Origin: Eukaryota sp. GEM-RC1
Lineage: Eukaryota
NCBI GenBank assembly: GCA_040285855.1
Contig: JAUFOQ010000006.1
Location: 1,860,001-1,924,000, forward strand
Direction: 5' to 3'
DNA length: 64,000 nt
Shown: piece by piece, positions 60,387 through 64,000 of the stretch
Numbering within the stretch: position 1 is the stretch's first letter
How the letters are laid out: each line of letters opens with the position of its first letter
Translations under genes and position numbers: made by a program
The notes under the pieces: generated by a model
Seen by the model: only the letters and a program-made list of their open reading frames with translations
The model's database searches: none
What the model was told of the DNA's origin: nothing

Positions 60387-62009
60387 ATGACTGGTGCTTG
60401 TCCATATTGTTCAGGACCTGAGGCGGATGCTAGTCATTTGGCTAGTTGTCCTGGATGGAGAGAACAATCTCCACTTGCCCACGCGACTCAATTCCTCCTG
60501 GACCGAAATGTACATCCCGAATTGATACAGGTTGAAGTTCTTGCTGCTCTCAATTTCCTGGAATCATTGACTTCTTTTGTTCCACCTCCTGAATCCTCAC
60601 TCTTCACTTGTCAACTATGTGGGGCTCAACAGCACGATTTTGAATCCGTGGTCTTTCTCAACTGTGATCATCTCCTCTGCCGAGCTCATCTTGTGGAATA
60701 CATCACAGCTAAACATCCCGATCCATTGTTTTGTCTAGTTAAGGACTGTCACCATCCTCTCAGTTACGCTGAAATAGCCGATATCATCCCTGCCACCACT
60801 CTCCAAGAACTAGACAGCAGAGCCCTCACTTCTTTTCTCTCGGACACTTCCAATATCATCCAGTGTTCGAAGTGTAATACATCTGTCTTTTTTGAAGAGG
60901 GAAAAGTTGAAAACATGAGGACTGATAATCTTGGAAGAGTGCTCAGTCAGGAGGCCGCACAACATTTCGCAAAAAATCGCTTTCGTTGTATTTGTAATCA
61001 CGAGTGTTGCATTGAATGCAACACCTCCCCATACCATTTAGGTTTCACTTGCCAACAGTACACGGAGTACATTGACTCTCGTAAGTGTCGTTATTGTATG
61101 ACCTCCTTGAATAGCTCTACCCCTCATTGTCAAAAAGTTGACTGTGTTTCTAAGTTGGAGAATAGTTGTACTAATATCCTAGAGTGTAATCATCAGTGTA
61201 GCTCAGTGCAAGGAGCTACGTGTTTCTGTTTAGAGTGTTGCCCAAGTGTTGATGGTAGTGACTTCTGCCCAATGTGTTTCGTCGATCCTTTGGACTCTGC
61301 TGATAACATCATTCTGCTCTCTTGTGGTCATGCTGTTCATTTCGAATGTATTAAGTCTCAATTTGAAAGGAAATGGTATGATGTTTCAGCTCAGATTACG
61401 TTTTCCTTTGCTCATTGCCCGCTGTGTAAAACTCTAATCAACGTGGACCACCCAGAATTGGCTAATCACGTCAGCAACACAAAGGCTTTAATGGACGATG
61501 TACAGGACAAGGCTCATCGTCGATTGAATTTCGAGAACCGTCAGCTTGACGATGACGTGACAAACCCCGCTTCAGAGTTCTACCAAAAACCTCTAGAATA
61601 TTCCCTTAGTTTGTATATGTATTTCGAGTGTTTTAAGTGCAAATCTCCTTATTTTGGAGGTCTTAAGGAGTGCAATGTTGATCTTCCTGGTGAATTGAGC
61701 AGAGAAGACTTAGTCTGTCCCCCCTGTTCAGGAGTTGTTCATTCTAGTGATAATTGTCCGACTCATGGGTCGGAGTATATATCCTTTAAATGCCGATTCT
61801 GTTGTAAGGTTGCTGCGTTCTTCTGTCATGGGGATACTCATTATTGTTGGGAATGTCATAAGAAACCTGGAGATGTTCAGAAGCTTGCTAAGAAGAATTC
61901 TCTACCACCATGTCCAGGTGCTCAGTGTTCTCTTAAGACTCCTCATCCACAGCCTGGGAATGAGTTTTGTTTAGGTTGCGGAGTTTGTAGAGAGCAGGTT
62001 GACTTTTGA
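60387..62009 (+). CDS. E3 ubiquitin ligase: RING/IBR-like region + MYCBP2-type RING-H2 and tandem-cysteine (RCR) domain
   Basis: CPMCF..L.CGHAVHFEC..ITFSFAHCPLCK; YFECFKCKSPYFGGLKEC; CPTHG..FKCRFCCKVAAFFCHGDTHYCWECH; EFCLGCGVCR. Confidence 0.88.
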   Translation: MTGACPYCSGPEADASHLASCPGWREQSPLAHATQFLLDRNVHPELIQVEVLAALNFLESLTSFVPPPESSLFTCQLCGAQQHDFESVVFLNCDHLLCRAHLVEYITAKHPDPLFCLVKDCHHPLSYAEIADIIPATTLQELDSRALTSFLSDTSNIIQCSKCNTSVFFEEGKVENMRTDNLGRVLSQEAAQHFAKNRFRCICNHECCIECNTSPYHLGFTCQQYTEYIDSRKCRYCMTSLNSSTPHCQKVDCVSKLENSCTNILECNHQCSSVQGATCFCLECCPSVDGSDFCPMCFVDPLDSADNIILLSCGHAVHFECIKSQFERKWYDVSAQITFSFAHCPLCKTLINVDHPELANHVSNTKALMDDVQDKAHRRLNFENRQLDDDVTNPASEFYQKPLEYSLSLYMYFECFKCKSPYFGGLKECNVDLPGELSREDLVCPPCSGVVHSSDNCPTHGSEYISFKCRFCCKVAAFFCHGDTHYCWECHKKPGDVQKLAKKNSLPPCPGAQCSLKTPHPQPGNEFCLGCGVCREQVDF

Positions 62010-62463
62010 GTATTGTGTTTACTTGTGTTTCTCAGTTTGATTACTGCTAGCTCTATTCACTTTCTATGTGTGATCTTTTTCTATGCATGATGTGTTTTTT
62101 TGGCATTGTAGTAGTGTTGATGTTATTCGTCATTGAATAAATTGTAACAAGACTCAATGTATTACAAATCTAACAATATATGCTAACCTTATTTGCATGA
62201 CTTAATCGTTCTGTGCAATAAGTTCTGGAAATAATTGCTTCTTGAATTAGTTACACACACTTTCGATTTTGAATAGACATAATTTCAGCGTTGTCAACAA
62301 CTTCATTTGTTGACCTGTGCTAATCTACCGGGATTTAGCAAAATTAAACAAACAAACGGGAACGATATGACGATATTTTCAGGTTCAATTCTATTCCTTT
62401 GATGTTGAGAACAGATCTGTCTTCTTTAGGCGACTATTGCGTAGCGAACATGAGAGCTTTCTA

Positions 62464-64000
62464 TATTGTAGGCAAAACCGATTTGGAGGATACAGTAAGT
62501 ACTTGTATTGCTTTTTTGAAAGAGAGGCTCTTATTTTGTAAATTATCATTATCCTGAACCACAAGATATTAACCAAAGTATACGTCTTTACAAATTTGTT
62601 AATAAATTGACAAGGAGTTTGAACTCTTGGACTTTAATAATCGTATTAGCTTGGCTAAAACTAATAGTCCCGAGTTCGCTGCTTTTTAATCGATCTTTGT
62701 AATAGTGGACCTTCTGGATTTATTTCTCAAATTCCAAAGGTGTATGGATTACATCTATCTGATGAAGCTTGGATGATCAATATGCGTCTTCGTATTGTAG
62801 GCAAAACCGATTTGGAGCATACAGTAAGTACTTGTATTGCTTTTTTGAAAGAGAGGCTCTTATTTTGTAAATTATCATTATCCTGAACCACAAGATATTA
62901 ACCAAAGTATACGTCTTTACAAATTTGTTAATAAATTGACAAGGAGTTTGAACTCTTGGACTTTAATAATCGTATTAGCTTGGCTAAAACTAATAGTCCC
63001 GAGTTCGCTGCTTTTTTAATCGATCTTTGTAATAGTGGACCTTCTGGATTTATTTCTCAAATTCCAAAGGTGTATGGATTACATCTATCTGATGAAGCTT
63101 GGATGATCAATATGCGTCTTCGTATTGTAGGCAAAACCGATTTGGAGGATACAGTAAGTACTTGTATTGCTTTTTTGAAAGAGAGGCTCTTATTTTGTAA
63201 ATTATCATTATCCTGAACCACAAGATATTAACCAAAGTATACGTCTTTACAAGTTTGTTAATAAATTGACAAGGAGTTTGAACTCTTGGACTTTAATAAT
63301 CGTATTAGCTTGGCTAAAACTAATAGTCCCGAGTTCGCTGCTTTTTTAATCGATCTTTGTAATAGTGGACCTTCTGGATTTATTTCTCAAATTCCAAAGG
63401 TGTATGGATTACATCTATCTGATGAAGCTTGGATGATCAATATGCGTCTTCGTTTGGCTATTTGGCCTGCAAATTTATTAAACTATTCAACGTGCTCTTG
63501 TGGAGCTAATGGTGTTTTTCGTCATTTAATTAATTGTCGTTATTTTATTCATCTCCGTGCAGTAATTCATGATGGTGTACGTGATTCTTGTTATTCCATG
63601 TTTAAAGCACATGGTTTTCACTCTAAAGTTGAACCAGTTTTGAATCATCTTTCAGAAAATGAATTTACTGATCAAAAACGAGGGGATCTACATACTCCGT
63701 GGCTTAAATCGAGTCAAGCATTAATGGATTTTACTACAGTAGATGTATGTAACAAATCTTGTGTTAGTAGGATATTAGATTCTTCTTTTAATCCATTAAC
63801 AGCAGCTGAAAAGCTCAAACACACCAAGTATGACTCTCAAGTAGAAGAATTAAATAGAAACTCATATTCCAAATTTGTGTTTCAACCTTTTGCTGTTTCT
63901 CTTTTTGGATCTATTAGTCCTGCTGGTGATCAATTTTTCAAGGATTTCGAAGAATTGTGTAAAGAAAAGAAGCGTAAGTTTAGAATGGCTGAATGGAAAA
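62464..64000 (+). mobile_element. Family A CRE-like element with a 329-330 bp segment triplicated at its 5' end; runs off the window
   Basis: Units start at 62464, 62793, 63123; the third continues into the CCHC-RLE region matching 920-1700. Confidence 0.85.

Overview
AT-rich, gene-dense eukaryotic DNA with 28-32 nt spliceosomal introns. Flagellar genes plus a rubrerythrin suggest an anaerobic flagellated protist (inference). Many host ORFs are broken by single-base indels in homopolymer runs, which look like long-read consensus errors. Housekeeping genes (Rpn11, prefoldin 4, PGK, cap methyltransferase, capping guanylyltransferase, EFHC1-like, VAC14, RPL31, SPEF1, CIA2, an IBR/RCR E3 ligase) alternate with hAT and mariner-type MITEs and CRE-like non-LTR retrotransposon fragments. 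The main discovery is the 10.3 kb block 22151-32449. Its minus strand encodes a Fanzor1 RNA-guided nuclease with all three RuvC catalytic residues and a C-terminal CCHC zinc knuckle. After removing a 748-bp hAT MITE (8-bp TSD) and correcting homopolymer indels, this Fanzor reads in frame with an upstream degenerate family-B DNA polymerase 3'-5' exonuclease-like domain (about 1300 aa in total). The 236-bp Fanzor 3' end, including a hairpin-rich omegaRNA candidate, recurs inverted at 32214-32449. There it terminates an unrelated ORF with a 2A ribosome-skipping motif and has a different putative guide. A PIF1 helicase remnant and two inverted element-end copies lie between, suggesting two related elements back to back. 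All protein calls come from motif recognition by eye; no database search was run.
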